Below are positions 51,926 to 61,623 of a stretch of DNA of 64,000 nucleotides, one piece after another. The notes beneath the pieces are model-generated. The model ran no database searches. It was not told the origin of the DNA and worked only from the letters and a program-made list of their open reading frames with translations. Within the stretch, counting starts at the first letter, position 1; each line of letters opens with the position of its first letter. This stretch comes from Cyanophyceae cyanobacterium. Its GTDB lineage: Bacteria > Cyanobacteriota > Cyanobacteriia > Cyanobacteriales > JBHJGN01. The stretch spans positions 140,881 through 204,880 of the forward strand of contig JBHJGN010000023.1 in the NCBI GenBank assembly GCA_050331735.1, written 5' to 3'. Made by a program: the position numbers and the translations under genes.

Positions 51926-52192
51926 ATGGATGTACAGCTCATTAATATTGGTTTCGGCAATATTGTTTCTGCTAATCGCGTTATTGCCATTGTTAGTCCG
52001 GAATCTGCTCCAATCAAGCGAATTATTACGGATGCTCGCGATCGCGGTCAGCTAATTGATGCGACTTACGGACGGCGAACCCGTGCCGTTATTATTACCG
52101 ATTCTAGTCATGTGGTCCTCTCCGCCATCCAGCCGGAAACTGTGGCTCATCGTTTCGTGATCAACAAGGAAGTTCCCGCTGGTAACAACTAG
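51926..52192 (+). CDS. remA: RemA/DUF370 family protein
   Basis: [40 protein letters not shown]; directly upstream of gmk. Confidence 0.93.
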   Translation: MDVQLINIGFGNIVSANRVIAIVSPESAPIKRIITDARDRGQLIDATYGRRTRAVIITDSSHVVLSAIQPETVAHRFVINKEVPAGNN

Positions 52193-52262
52193 ATGGCGAG
52201 GCTTAAGCGTTTGAGAGGTGGGCTGCTGAGGGCAAAAGGGGTGAGCTGGTCGGTCGGACTCC

Positions 52263-52841
52263 GTGAGAGAGATGAAGGAGAGTCAATTAATTGTTATTAC
52301 TGGGCCAAGCGGTGTTGGGAAAGGAACCCTCGTGCGATCGCTCTTAGCTCGGCATCCAGAGCTAGTGCTCGCCGTCTCTGCTACTACCCGCAAGCCGCGT
52401 CCTGGAGAAGCTGATGGCAAAGATTATCATTTTGTGACTGAGGAACAGTTTCAACGGATGATTGAATCCAATCTCCTGCTGGAATGGGCCGAGTACGCTG
52501 CTAACTACTATGGAACTCCTCGCTCAGCCGTCGAGGAACAAATCAGTCACGGCAAATCTGTCATTTTAGAAATTGAAGTTCTAGGCGCGAGGAAGATTAA
52601 GCACTCTTTTCCTGACGCCCTCCGACTATTCGTTCTGCCCCCCTCTATGGAAGAACTAGAGCGGCGCCTAAGAGCCCGCGGCAACGTTCCAGAAGCGGCC
52701 ATCATTAAGCGCCTCGAACGCGCCAAGCTGGAAGTAGCGGCTAGCGCTGAATTTGACTACAGCATTGTCAATGACGATTTCGATCGGGCACTCTCAGCCC
52801 TCGAAGCAGTCATCTTTAAGCAGCCACTGCGAGATGGGTAA
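52263..52841 (+). CDS. gmk: Guanylate kinase
   Basis: GPSGVGKGT, SATTRKPRPGE..GKDYHF, YYGTP, PPSMEELERRL. Confidence 0.96.
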   Translation: MREMKESQLIVITGPSGVGKGTLVRSLLARHPELVLAVSATTRKPRPGEADGKDYHFVTEEQFQRMIESNLLLEWAEYAANYYGTPRSAVEEQISHGKSVILEIEVLGARKIKHSFPDALRLFVLPPSMEELERRLRARGNVPEAAIIKRLERAKLEVAASAEFDYSIVNDDFDRALSALEAVIFKQPLRDG

Positions 52842-52968
52842 AAAAAAGTAATTGAACAGATGACGGGGGAGCGAATCAAGTTGTGAGGTTTTGGTTGAAA
52901 CCGCCCTCAAAACTGATTTGATGTGTCAGTCGTTACAATCAAAGAAACAGAGACAAAGCGAGAGTGAT

Positions 52969-53589
52969 ATGATTCCAACCGTTATTGAAACTTCGGGTCG
53001 TGGCGAACGCGCTTTTGATATTTATTCAAGGCTGCTACGGGAGCGAATTGTGTTTCTAGGACAGCAGGTGAATGATGAGCTGGCAAACTTGATTGTGGCG
53101 CAGCTGCTGTTTCTTGAAGCTGAAGACTCAGAGAAAGATATCTATCTATATATTAATTCGCCCGGTGGATCTGTCTCTGCTGGGATGGGAATTTTTGATA
53201 CCATGAATCAGATTCGCCCCGATGTTTGCACAATCTGCATTGGCTTGGCGGCTAGCATGGGAGCTTTTCTCCTTTGTTCTGGAGCCAAAGACAAGCGGAT
53301 GAGCTTGCCTAACTCCCGCATTATGATTCATCAGCCGCTTGGCGGAGCCCAAGGACAAGCCACCGATATTGAAATTCAGGCTCGGGAAATTTTGTATCTG
53401 AAAAATAAGCTCAATCAGCACCTAGCCGAGCGTACTGGTCAACCCCTAGAGCGCATTCAGGAAGATACCGAACGGGACTTCTTTATGTCTGCTGAAGAAG
53501 CTCAAGACTATGGTCTCATCGATCAGGTCATCAATCGCCGTCCTTCTGCCAGTAATCCTCCATTAGTCCCTCAAAGTTCTGCTGGATAA
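52969..53589 (+). CDS. clpP: ATP-dependent Clp protease proteolytic subunit
   Basis: [47 protein letters not shown] 52969 preferred. Confidence 0.96.
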   Translation: MIPTVIETSGRGERAFDIYSRLLRERIVFLGQQVNDELANLIVAQLLFLEAEDSEKDIYLYINSPGGSVSAGMGIFDTMNQIRPDVCTICIGLAASMGAFLLCSGAKDKRMSLPNSRIMIHQPLGGAQGQATDIEIQAREILYLKNKLNQHLAERTGQPLERIQEDTERDFFMSAEEAQDYGLIDQVINRRPSASNPPLVPQSSAG

Positions 53590-53668
53590 GGTTCCGGCAG
53601 CGCTCCCGCACTAGCTCGATCGTTAAATCTCGCTCAACTCTATCAGGAGACTGAGCGAGACAACTGCC

Positions 53669-54520
53669 TCAAAGACTCTCTAAATAATTGAGAAAATCGA
53701 GCAATTCTTCGTCTGAGAGTAACTGACGCGATCGCTTTCCGTAGGTTTCTAACAGATATTTGCGTCCTTGTTCGCTGGTCCAGCCCAAACGCTTCATCTC
53801 CACGTTTGTTTTGGCAATGATATCGGAAAAATCGATGGGGCCACTCATCACAGACAAATTCGATTGATTCGCATCCGCGTCGGTCGTCATCCACTGATGG
53901 GCTGAAGATGCCGGAGAAGCTTCTGCTAGCGGGAGATCCGGCTCTTCAAGGCTAAAGCCACGAGTCGCTTCATCAGCAGGTGTATCGAGTTCTGCGGGCT
54001 GCTGTGAGAATGGTGGTTCAGACGGCAAAGGCGGTTGCCGGTCGCGGCGAGAATTTTGCTCGGCAATGGAGCTCTCTGGCAATTCAGGAGCAAGATTGAC
54101 GTTCTGTCTTTTGTCTTCGCTGCTCTCCTCAGCAGGGGAAAGGTCTGGTTCGTAGGCCTTATCTTGACTGGGTTGTGGTTGGCTCGTCGGCAAGTAATCA
54201 CCAGAATGCTGGTCAGAGCTACCGTTATGGCTCACTTTGCTAGTTGGCAATTCCAGCGGCGGATGAGGCGGGTTGCCAAGAGTTTCGGTTTTCGCGACCG
54301 CAGTCGCGTCGGTCACTGATGACAAAGACAGCGCCTCTAACGCTCTGGCTCTTGAGCGATCCTCTGCCTGTTCTATTGTATTGGCCGCTGCCAACCCTGT
54401 TGCTAAAGTCACTCCATCGTTTTGAATTAGAGTACGGACAATGTACTTCTCTCGGTCAATCTTGACCAAATCGCTAATCAAGCCACCGGTGGGATAACGA
54501 CTTCTAAATTGATTCAGCAT
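53669..54520 (-). CDS. Hypothetical protein: folded N-domain, acidic/Pro-rich linker, small helical C-domain
   Basis: 283-aa ORF; N-domain ends in EQAEDRSRARAL; C-domain EMKRLGWTSEQGRKYL..YGKRSR..L. Confidence 0.8.
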   Translation of the reverse strand: MLNQFRSRYPTGGLISDLVKIDREKYIVRTLIQNDGVTLATGLAAANTIEQAEDRSRARALEALSLSSVTDATAVAKTETLGNPPHPPLELPTSKVSHNGSSDQHSGDYLPTSQPQPSQDKAYEPDLSPAEESSEDKRQNVNLAPELPESSIAEQNSRRDRQPPLPSEPPFSQQPAELDTPADEATRGFSLEEPDLPLAEASPASSAHQWMTTDADANQSNLSVMSGPIDFSDIIAKTNVEMKRLGWTSEQGRKYLLETYGKRSRQLLSDEELLDFLNYLESL

Positions 54521-54575
54521 AAACTCTTTCGGTGCTGTCGGGTGCTAATAAATCCTAGCTTCCTGTTTCTAGCTT

Positions 54576-54589
54576 AGTACAAATGTTCC
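54576..54589. promoter_or_regulatory. Cyanobacterial LexA box
   Basis: AGTAC-AAA-T-GTTCC matches RGTACNNNDGTWCB exactly; ~55 bp upstream of the 54520 start. Confidence 0.65.
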
Positions 54590-55681
54590 AAAAACCAAAG
54601 AAAATGTTGCTGGTGGCAGAACTGACTCAAAGAGCCGGTTTTCCTTTGAGTTTATCGTTTGTTCTATCGCCTACTTAACTGGTAAAACTCTATTGTTCAT
54701 TTTGTTGACTGAAGGCGCTGATGTCAGCGGGCTAGCCAACCAGTCGTGCGCTCTTCATAAATGCTCTAAGCAACATTGAGTAATAATGATAACTAAAATT
54801 AATTACAATAATGATAAACTACTCATACTAATGATGCTTTGTTAGTATCTAGATGCAATCATATACACTGCCGTATTGATGTTTCTATTTGTTGACGACT
54901 TACTGATAGTAGGCCATCAACGAAGTAACCTGTACCTCACTAGGTAAAATAACTAGGTCAAAGCCGCTACGCCAGTTGCACTACGAGCGGCGATTCTAAG
55001 CGACAATCGTTAGGAATGCGGTAGCTGCAATCATCTGCAGGTGAGAGAGCCTCCGGCCATGACGTTTGCTCAAGCTAAAAGCTAAACCAAAAGCTCTTTT
55101 GCTTACTGTTCTGGCGTCACTCCAGTTAACTTCATCGCTAATGTTATCTGGATTGGGCGTTACTCGGCAATGATTTCTCAGCCGGCTCTTAGTTCCTGCG
55201 ATTAGCCCTCGATTCGTATGAGCTTAACGGACTTGAGCATGGTCGGGAGCGCCGCCAGAAACTTTTTCGGCGGAATTAAGACCAGAACCAGGTTTCGGTC
55301 CTGCGTCCTTCTTGAAGCAGCTAGGGCATAGCTCAGGCGTACTGGGTGCGGCAGAGTCTCGTACACCAAAGCACCGATCCTCAGACGAAATTCCCATTTC
55401 CTTTGGAAACGCTGCATGCCAATGCATCCGATCAACTTACAGTGCGTTGCGTCCTTCAGAGGAAGTACGGAAAGGCTTTTAGAGGGAAGCTTCGGTCATT
55501 CGGTCTTCGTTGTTAAGGCTTATGGAGGCTAGGATTGCCGCCCTTTAAAGACTGACCCAATGGAAGCTCGAGGTGAGCATCAACGGCACAGTTGCCTGAG
55601 TCTCTAACCGCTAACCTTGAAGACAAGCATTGAGTAGCTTTTCACTATTTTATGACAGCAAAAAGATAAAGGATTGTTCCA

Positions 55682-57916
55682 ATGAAATTTTCAGTCGCTG
55701 CACTGCTCTCTCAGTTTGTAGATAGTAAATTAGTTGCCGGAAAGGTTTTAGAAAAAAAATTAGGATGCGAAGCAGAAGATAAACAAAAACTGTACATCGC
55801 CCTTGATATTCTCGAAAAAATTGGAGTGCTGGTTAAAGAAAGAGGCAAGTACCGCCGTCTCTACGAACAAGAGGTGGTAGAAGCCAAGCTGCGCTGCTCT
55901 AGCAAAGGCTTCTGCTTTGCTATTCAAGATGAAGAAGGAGCAGACGATATTTATGTGCGTGAAAGCCAACTAAGTAACGCTTGGAATGGCGATCGCGTTT
56001 TGGTCAAAATCATCAAAGAAGGAAGCCGTCGCCGCTCTCCAGAAGGAGAAGTCAAGGTTATTTTAGAACGAGCGAATCCCTCGCTGCTGGCGCGGGTGGT
56101 TAACAACAATAACCACTATCGAGCCATTCCGTTGGATGACCGCCTGTTGTTTGAACTAGCTCTCGAACAGAATGGTGGTGATTTAGAAAAAGCGGTCGAT
56201 CATCTTGTTCACGTTAATGTACTGCGCTATCCTTTGGGGCAGCATCCTCCCCTTGGTCAAGTGACGCGAATTTTAGGAAGCGATGCCGAAGCAGCAGCCG
56301 ATGTGGACATTGTATGCTGTAAACACGATCTTCCACAGCTCTTTCCCGAAGCCGCTATTGATGCGGCTAAATCTCTTCCAAAAAGGCTGCGACAGGCAGA
56401 AATCAAAAAACGGCGAGATTTCAGAAACCTGCGCACTCTGGCGATTGAAGCCGCTCGAGAGAATGCCGCGATTGAGAACGCCTTCACCTTGGAAACAACC
56501 GCATCAGGATGGCAATTAGGAGTGCACATCAGCGATATTGCGCACTATGTTGAACCAGATTCTCCCCTAGACCAGGAAGCGAGCAAGCGAGGCACAACTA
56601 TTTACCTCGGTGATCGCATTTTACCGCTGTTTCCAGAAGAGGTCAGCCGCTACTGTTCTTTGCTTCCTGAAAAAGACCGTCTGTGTGTTTCTTTCTTGGT
56701 TCAGCTTGACCAGAATGGGCAGGTCACCGACTATGAAATCAGCGAAAGCGTGATTCAGGTCGATCGCCAACTCACCTACGAACAGGTCCAGTCTCTGTTG
56801 GGAAATTTGAACCAAGAATCTGAAACCGAAGATATTTTACTGCTCAAAGAGTTATGCTTGACGCTGAGTCCGCTAGTGAAAGCCCAACGCCTCCAGCGGG
56901 GTAGCTATGACATCATTTTAGAAGATTATCCTTCTCTTTTTAGAGACGACGGTAGATTAGGAACGATTGTTACGGCAGCTTCTTTACCAATTCGTTCTCT
57001 ATTGACAGAGCTGCTGGTGTTAGTCGGTCAATTAGCCGCCGCTCACCTTACGGCTTTAGCAATACCGGGAATCTACTGCACCCACCCAGAACCAGACTGG
57101 GATGAGCTCGAAGATCTGTTAAAGCTTGGCAACAATTTGGGATTGGAGCTAGAGCTAGAGTCTGAGGAAGAGATTCTGCCACGTGACTATCAAAGAATTA
57201 CACAGAAATTCACCAAATCCTCCGCAAGCCACGTCCTGCACTATCTGCTGAAAACAACCTTAAAATCGATCAAATACAGCACGAAACCCGGAGCGCACTT
57301 TGGCTTGGCCTACAGTAATGGCTATACTCACTGTGCTTCTCCAGGACAGCGCTACGTCGATCTCCTGGTGCAGCGGATATTCAAAACGGTGTTGAATCAA
57401 GGACGCGACCGCCGCCACAACCGCTCCAAAAATCGAGTGAATTTGGGCAGCAGCAGTTGTCACGGACAGATCAACTGGAATGTTCTATCCCCACAGTTTC
57501 ATACCGATTTAGAGGAGCAGTTTCACGCCCTCGTTCCTCATCTCAACGAACGAGAAAAACTGGCCGAGGATGCTGAAACAGATTTAGAAGGCCTCAAGAA
57601 GGCCGAGCAGATGAAAGAGCGGACTGGACAGGTTTTTAAAGGTTTGATTACCGGCGTTCAATCCTACGGCTTTTTTGTAGAAATCGAAGAACTGCTGGTC
57701 GAAGGCTTAGTTCACGTGAGTTCGCTCAAAGACGACTGGTACGAGTACCGTTCTCGCCATAGCTGCCTGGTTGGTCGCAAAAACCGCATTGCCTATCGCT
57801 TAGGCGATCGTGTAGAAGTAGAGGTTAAGAGCGTTGACTACTACCGCCAGCAGATCGATCTGGTCACCGTTGGCGGTGGCAGCACTGCAAGCAGCGCAGA
57901 TTTAGAAGATGAATAA
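55682..57916 (+). CDS. zam: RNase R/II-family protein of the cyanobacterial Zam type; catalytic aspartates absent
   Basis: CSD (SSKGFCFA, AWNGDRV), LGVHISDIAHYV, RGTTIYL, HFGLA, YTHCASPGQRYVDL, S1 (GVQSYGFFVE); TIDxxxxxDxDDA replaced by AIEAARENAAIENA. Confidence 0.85.
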   Translation: MKFSVAALLSQFVDSKLVAGKVLEKKLGCEAEDKQKLYIALDILEKIGVLVKERGKYRRLYEQEVVEAKLRCSSKGFCFAIQDEEGADDIYVRESQLSNAWNGDRVLVKIIKEGSRRRSPEGEVKVILERANPSLLARVVNNNNHYRAIPLDDRLLFELALEQNGGDLEKAVDHLVHVNVLRYPLGQHPPLGQVTRILGSDAEAAADVDIVCCKHDLPQLFPEAAIDAAKSLPKRLRQAEIKKRRDFRNLRTLAIEAARENAAIENAFTLETTASGWQLGVHISDIAHYVEPDSPLDQEASKRGTTIYLGDRILPLFPEEVSRYCSLLPEKDRLCVSFLVQLDQNGQVTDYEISESVIQVDRQLTYEQVQSLLGNLNQESETEDILLLKELCLTLSPLVKAQRLQRGSYDIILEDYPSLFRDDGRLGTIVTAASLPIRSLLTELLVLVGQLAAAHLTALAIPGIYCTHPEPDWDELEDLLKLGNNLGLELELESEEEILPRDYQRITQKFTKSSASHVLHYLLKTTLKSIKYSTKPGAHFGLAYSNGYTHCASPGQRYVDLLVQRIFKTVLNQGRDRRHNRSKNRVNLGSSSCHGQINWNVLSPQFHTDLEEQFHALVPHLNEREKLAEDAETDLEGLKKAEQMKERTGQVFKGLITGVQSYGFFVEIEELLVEGLVHVSSLKDDWYEYRSRHSCLVGRKNRIAYRLGDRVEVEVKSVDYYRQQIDLVTVGGGSTASSADLEDE

Positions 57917-58543
57917 GTCGCTGGCGTGATGGGAACACTGTCACTCAGGGACGGGAAAAGGGAAAACAGTAAAGCGGGAACAGTGACCAACTAATTATTG
58001 TGTTTCTCAAAAAGCGGGAAGGACACCAGAAGCTATGGCGGGAACAATCAACAATCAGCCATCAACAAAAACTAGGATTTAGGGTTGTACCTCATCAGTG
58101 TGAGAATTGCTATAGTTTATTTAACTGATAACTGTTGAGACCCTTTTCCCCGCGTCGGCTAGCGACGTGGCCCGCGATCGCCTTTGGCAACAACTGCTTT
58201 GGAAGTATCGTCACGTCGGGCAGCTTGCCACGATTGCTAGCGGTAACTATCCAGGACTGTTTACCCCTAGTTTGCTCAGCAGGATGTCGACAGAGCTAAT
58301 TGTCGATTGGGTCTTGGGAGCCGGCCAATCTCATCAGCTTGCTGGAGAGTTTTCAGTTAATCTAGATCTGGGAGACATAATAGAACAGGGTAAAATACGG
58401 GTCAGCTTAAGAATACAATGGTCGCTGGCTGTATGTTTAACTCCTCTGACTGCTTAGTTCCTTTAGGCAACACCCCTCACGAAAGGTTTTGCCCATACTC
58501 ATAGCCTTCTTGAGCAGTTAGGGGGTGCTTTCAAGGACGAACG

Positions 58544-59290
58544 ATGAATCAAAACATCAGAAAATTACTGTGGCTACCGCTCCTATTGTGTTTGCTGCTG
58601 ACAGGATGCGTTCGCTACGATGTGGACATCAATTTTGCTGGACAGTATCGCGGCGAAATAGTGCAGCAGATTCAGCTCAGCAAACAGCTCACTAGTTTTA
58701 GTCAGTCAGAAGCAGAGAACTGGTTAGACAGCATTGAGAAGCGCGGACAAAAGTTGCAGGGGAGAACTAGACGTTCACCTCAAGGAATATTAGTGACTAT
58801 TCCCTTCAATAGTGGACAAGAGCTAACTGAAAAATTTAATACTTTTTTCAACCGGACTCAAGCCAATTCTTCTGTGGCAACAGATTCCCTAGACATGCTC
58901 AAGTTATCTGCTAGCCTTACTCTTGAGCAGAGTAATCTGTTGCTGTTCCAGAGAAATCGGCTGATTCTTAACGGAGATTTACGCGCCCTTGGGGTTTTAT
59001 CAGAACAAGGAAACTTAATTGTAAGTCCTGGTTCGCTCGTCAATTTGAAATTTAGCTTAACAACTCCATTAGGAGGACGAAGTGTATCTGAGTTGCCCTT
59101 TGAAGTGAGGGATGATAACCAGCTAGTTTGGCAACTTCAACCTGGACAAATCAATTACATCGAAGCCGTTTTTTGGGTTCCCAATTACCTTGGTTTAGGA
59201 GCAGTGGGGATTACTTTGCTGGTTCTATTAGGGTTTTACGGAAAGTACAGGCATTTCCCTTGGACTACACCCGCGCAAACATCTCCCTAA
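58544..59290 (+). CDS. Lipoprotein, DUF3153-like
   Basis: Lipobox LLTGCV; WQLQPGQINYIEAVFWVP; C-terminal TM. Confidence 0.7.
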   Translation: MNQNIRKLLWLPLLLCLLLTGCVRYDVDINFAGQYRGEIVQQIQLSKQLTSFSQSEAENWLDSIEKRGQKLQGRTRRSPQGILVTIPFNSGQELTEKFNTFFNRTQANSSVATDSLDMLKLSASLTLEQSNLLLFQRNRLILNGDLRALGVLSEQGNLIVSPGSLVNLKFSLTTPLGGRSVSELPFEVRDDNQLVWQLQPGQINYIEAVFWVPNYLGLGAVGITLLVLLGFYGKYRHFPWTTPAQTSP

Positions 59291-59336
59291 AAGCGAGTAG
59301 ATTCAGCTCTAAAGGCATTGGATGACCTTCAGCACT

Positions 59337-59798
59337 CTACTGAAAAATTAACTGCTTTTGAGGCGCTTCTCCACCCACACCAATAGCCGTGTTGTGAATT
59401 CTGGCGTTATCTAGTTCTACATTCTGTAGGGAAGCCCCAGATACATCCGCATTATAAATATGAGCATAGGTCAAATCTGCCTCATCGAGGTCGGCTTCGC
59501 TGAAGACAGCATTAGTTAGGAACGCTCCGGTGAGGTCGGCTCCTTCTAGAGAGGCATCTGTCAAGTCGGCTCCCTCTAGATTAGCCCCAGCTAAATTGGC
59601 ATCCTCTAAATTAGCGTTTCTTAGGTCAGCCCCAATAAGATGAGCGCCTGCTAGTTCTGCTCCTGCAAGGTTACACTCCCTACAGGCATTTGTCGTTAAC
59701 AACTGTTCGATCTGGTCTGGGTTTTGTGCTTGTCCGTTGGTAGCCAGAGCGACTGAAGATAGAAGAGAGACTGCGAGGGTTAATAAGTTCTTAGTCAT
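59337..59798 (-). CDS. Pentapeptide-repeat protein with signal peptide
   Basis: CRECNL followed by A(D/N)Lxx repeats. Confidence 0.92.
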   Translation of the reverse strand: MTKNLLTLAVSLLSSVALATNGQAQNPDQIEQLLTTNACRECNLAGAELAGAHLIGADLRNANLEDANLAGANLEGADLTDASLEGADLTGAFLTNAVFSEADLDEADLTYAHIYNADVSGASLQNVELDNARIHNTAIGVGGEAPQKQLIFQ

Positions 59799-59887
59799 GG
59801 TGTTATCTGTCTTTCATCTGTTGCCAGGAAAGAGCTTAGGTCTTGACATCCTCCGTGCTGATGGTTAATTAGCTGATAAGCGTAAAG

Positions 59888-60199
59888 CTAGAAATCATAA
59901 ATATCGATGAAGAAGGCCGAGTCAACGTCGTCTCCCGTATTGCCCCAGGTTTGAATCTCTTCTAGCTCAACCAACCTGGCATCCGCTTCTGAAGCATCGA
60001 GTTCGTAGTCTTCATCCGCTGTCGTCTGTTCTTCGATAAAATTAGGATTAGAGCGCTCCTCAAGTCCTTCTAGCTGGTTTACCTGGTCTTTAACATCCAC
60101 TACACTAGGAGCTGCTTCAGCCTGAGCTCTTTGGAATGAGCTAGCGATTCCCATTAAGCTGACGATGCAAAGACCGATAGTTGCTTTTGCCAAATACAT
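59888..60199 (-). CDS. Hypothetical secreted acidic protein
   Basis: MYLAKATIGLCIVSL...AQA signal-like N-terminus; start uncertain (ORF extends to 60262). Confidence 0.55.
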   Translation of the reverse strand: MYLAKATIGLCIVSLMGIASSFQRAQAEAAPSVVDVKDQVNQLEGLEERSNPNFIEEQTTADEDYELDASEADARLVELEEIQTWGNTGDDVDSAFFIDIYDF

Positions 60200-60477
60200 A
60201 TCTATATCTATATTTTGAGCTCTAGTCAGAGAATATAACAAAAGTACATATTGATGCTTCACCCTGAAGAGGTGTTTTCGCCTCCCTCAATAGGACTATT
60301 CAAACATTCAGCTTTGGCGTTTGGGAAAAGGGCAGTGCCTGCGGCACGGGAAAAGGGAGAATAAATCAGCTTGTTCCTTCGTTGACTAATTGCTAGCGAT
60401 AACGCAATCAGCGATCGCCGGCGCCGTCTTGTCATTTTCTGAGCTGAATTCTTATACAGCAAAAGATTATTTTTTTT

Positions 60478-60491
60478 GTATTTTTAGCTAC
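60478..60491. promoter_or_regulatory. NtcA-box-like site upstream of riboswitch
   Basis: GTA-TTTTTAGC-TAC = GTAN8TAC flanked by T and A runs. Confidence 0.55.
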
Positions 60492-60549
60492 AAAACTTGC
60501 ACTGCCAGCATCAAAACGCTACATTAGAGATATTGAAACGCTATAACAA

Positions 60550-60626
60550 ATCGTTCATCTGAAGTAGCTCACAAAAGCTGCTGCTACTTCGGACGGAAGT
60601 AGGGAATCATCCTGAAGGAACGCGCC
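60550..60626 (+). promoter_or_regulatory. Glutamine riboswitch (glnA motif)
   Basis: ATCGTTCATC...GACGGAAGTAGG...GAAGGAACGCGCC consensus; P2 stem GAAGTAGC/GCTACTTC. Confidence 0.9.
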
Positions 60627-60661
60627 TCACTATCTCTACACCTGATTATTGGAGGCGAACT

Positions 60662-60844
60662 ATGAAACTCTCTTATCGCGGTCATACTTACAGCTATCAT
60701 CCTTCTGTAGTAGAAGGAGACGAAGTGCTCGTTAGCGGAAGATACCGGGGCAACCGAGCAACTATTCACGTACACAGAAATCTACCGGTGCGTCATCTTG
60801 CCGAACTGACCTATCGCGGCGTTAAGTTTTCAGCGAGGTCATAA
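60662..60844 (+). CDS. DUF4278 family small protein
   Basis: MKLSYRGHTY...GRYRG...LTYRGV repeats; GGAGG RBS; lies under glnA riboswitch. Confidence 0.88.
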   Translation: MKLSYRGHTYSYHPSVVEGDEVLVSGRYRGNRATIHVHRNLPVRHLAELTYRGVKFSARS

Positions 60845-60878
60845 AGCCTTCAATCTACAGTCAAATTTAGGCCCAACG

Positions 60879-60907
60879 CGCTTTGTCATCCGACAAAGCG
60901 TTTTTTT
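60879..60907 (+). terminator. Rho-independent terminator
   Basis: CGCTTTGTC-ATCC-GACAAAGCG followed by T7. Confidence 0.85.
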
Positions 60908-60913
60908 CTTGGC

Positions 60914-61591
60914 CTACAAATCGAGCAAAGTAAAAAACTCTGCTGGTTCAGGTAGATGGGGCAAAGTGAGCCAGGGATGATGCTGTTGCAGTTGCTGTTG
61001 GCTGTAGGAGCCAGAGGCTAACGCCATCACGCGAGCGTCAATCGCTTGTCCGCACTGAATATCCTGAGGCGTATCGCCCAGCAAAAACCGTCGTTCTACA
61101 GTCGATTCGCCAATCATTTCTTCGGCAAGCTTGAGGGCCTGTCGAGCGATCGCACTGCGGCTTTCGGCGTAATCGGCAAAAGCGCCGACGGTGAAGTAGG
61201 AATCTAACCCGTAATAAGCGAGCTTAGCTCTGGCTCCTGCCTCAATATTGCCTGTCAACAGAATCGATAGTACATCGGTTCTGTGGCGCAGGGCTTCTAA
61301 AATTTCTCGCACTCCCTGAAATACAAAACCCTGTCTCAGCTTGAGGCTGTCCGGTAAATACTCGCCGTAGAGCCTCAGCAGTTGCTCAATGGTTTCTGGA
61401 GTGGGAGATCTCCCGGCACTCTGTAAAATTGTGGCAGCGATCGCCCGATCGATTCCTCCCGCCATTTTCAAGTCAGAGAGATCCAAGGCGGTACCAAATA
61501 GCTCCCCTGCCGCCTTTTCTAGCGCCAAAACTCCCGCTTTCGCAGTTGTGAGTAACGTCCCGTCAATATCCCAAAAAATAACCGTTGTCAT
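60914..61591 (-). CDS. HAD-family hydrolase
   Basis: WDIDGTL, LLTGN, GDTPQDI. Confidence 0.9.
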   Translation of the reverse strand: MTTVIFWDIDGTLLTTAKAGVLALEKAAGELFGTALDLSDLKMAGGIDRAIAATILQSAGRSPTPETIEQLLRLYGEYLPDSLKLRQGFVFQGVREILEALRHRTDVLSILLTGNIEAGARAKLAYYGLDSYFTVGAFADYAESRSAIARQALKLAEEMIGESTVERRFLLGDTPQDIQCGQAIDARVMALASGSYSQQQLQQHHPWLTLPHLPEPAEFFTLLDL

Positions 61592-61623
61592 AAGTTCGTT
61601 GATAGCTGAGTCTTACAGTGTTG

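Noticed and set aside
55202..55435. Two short minus-strand ORFs (77 and 67 aa)
   Set aside because: Overlapping, no RBS or motifs recognised; treated as chance ORFs in a non-coding region.
58167..58457. 96-aa plus-strand ORF
   Set aside because: GTG start next to a repeat hairpin, no recognisable features; cannot be supported.
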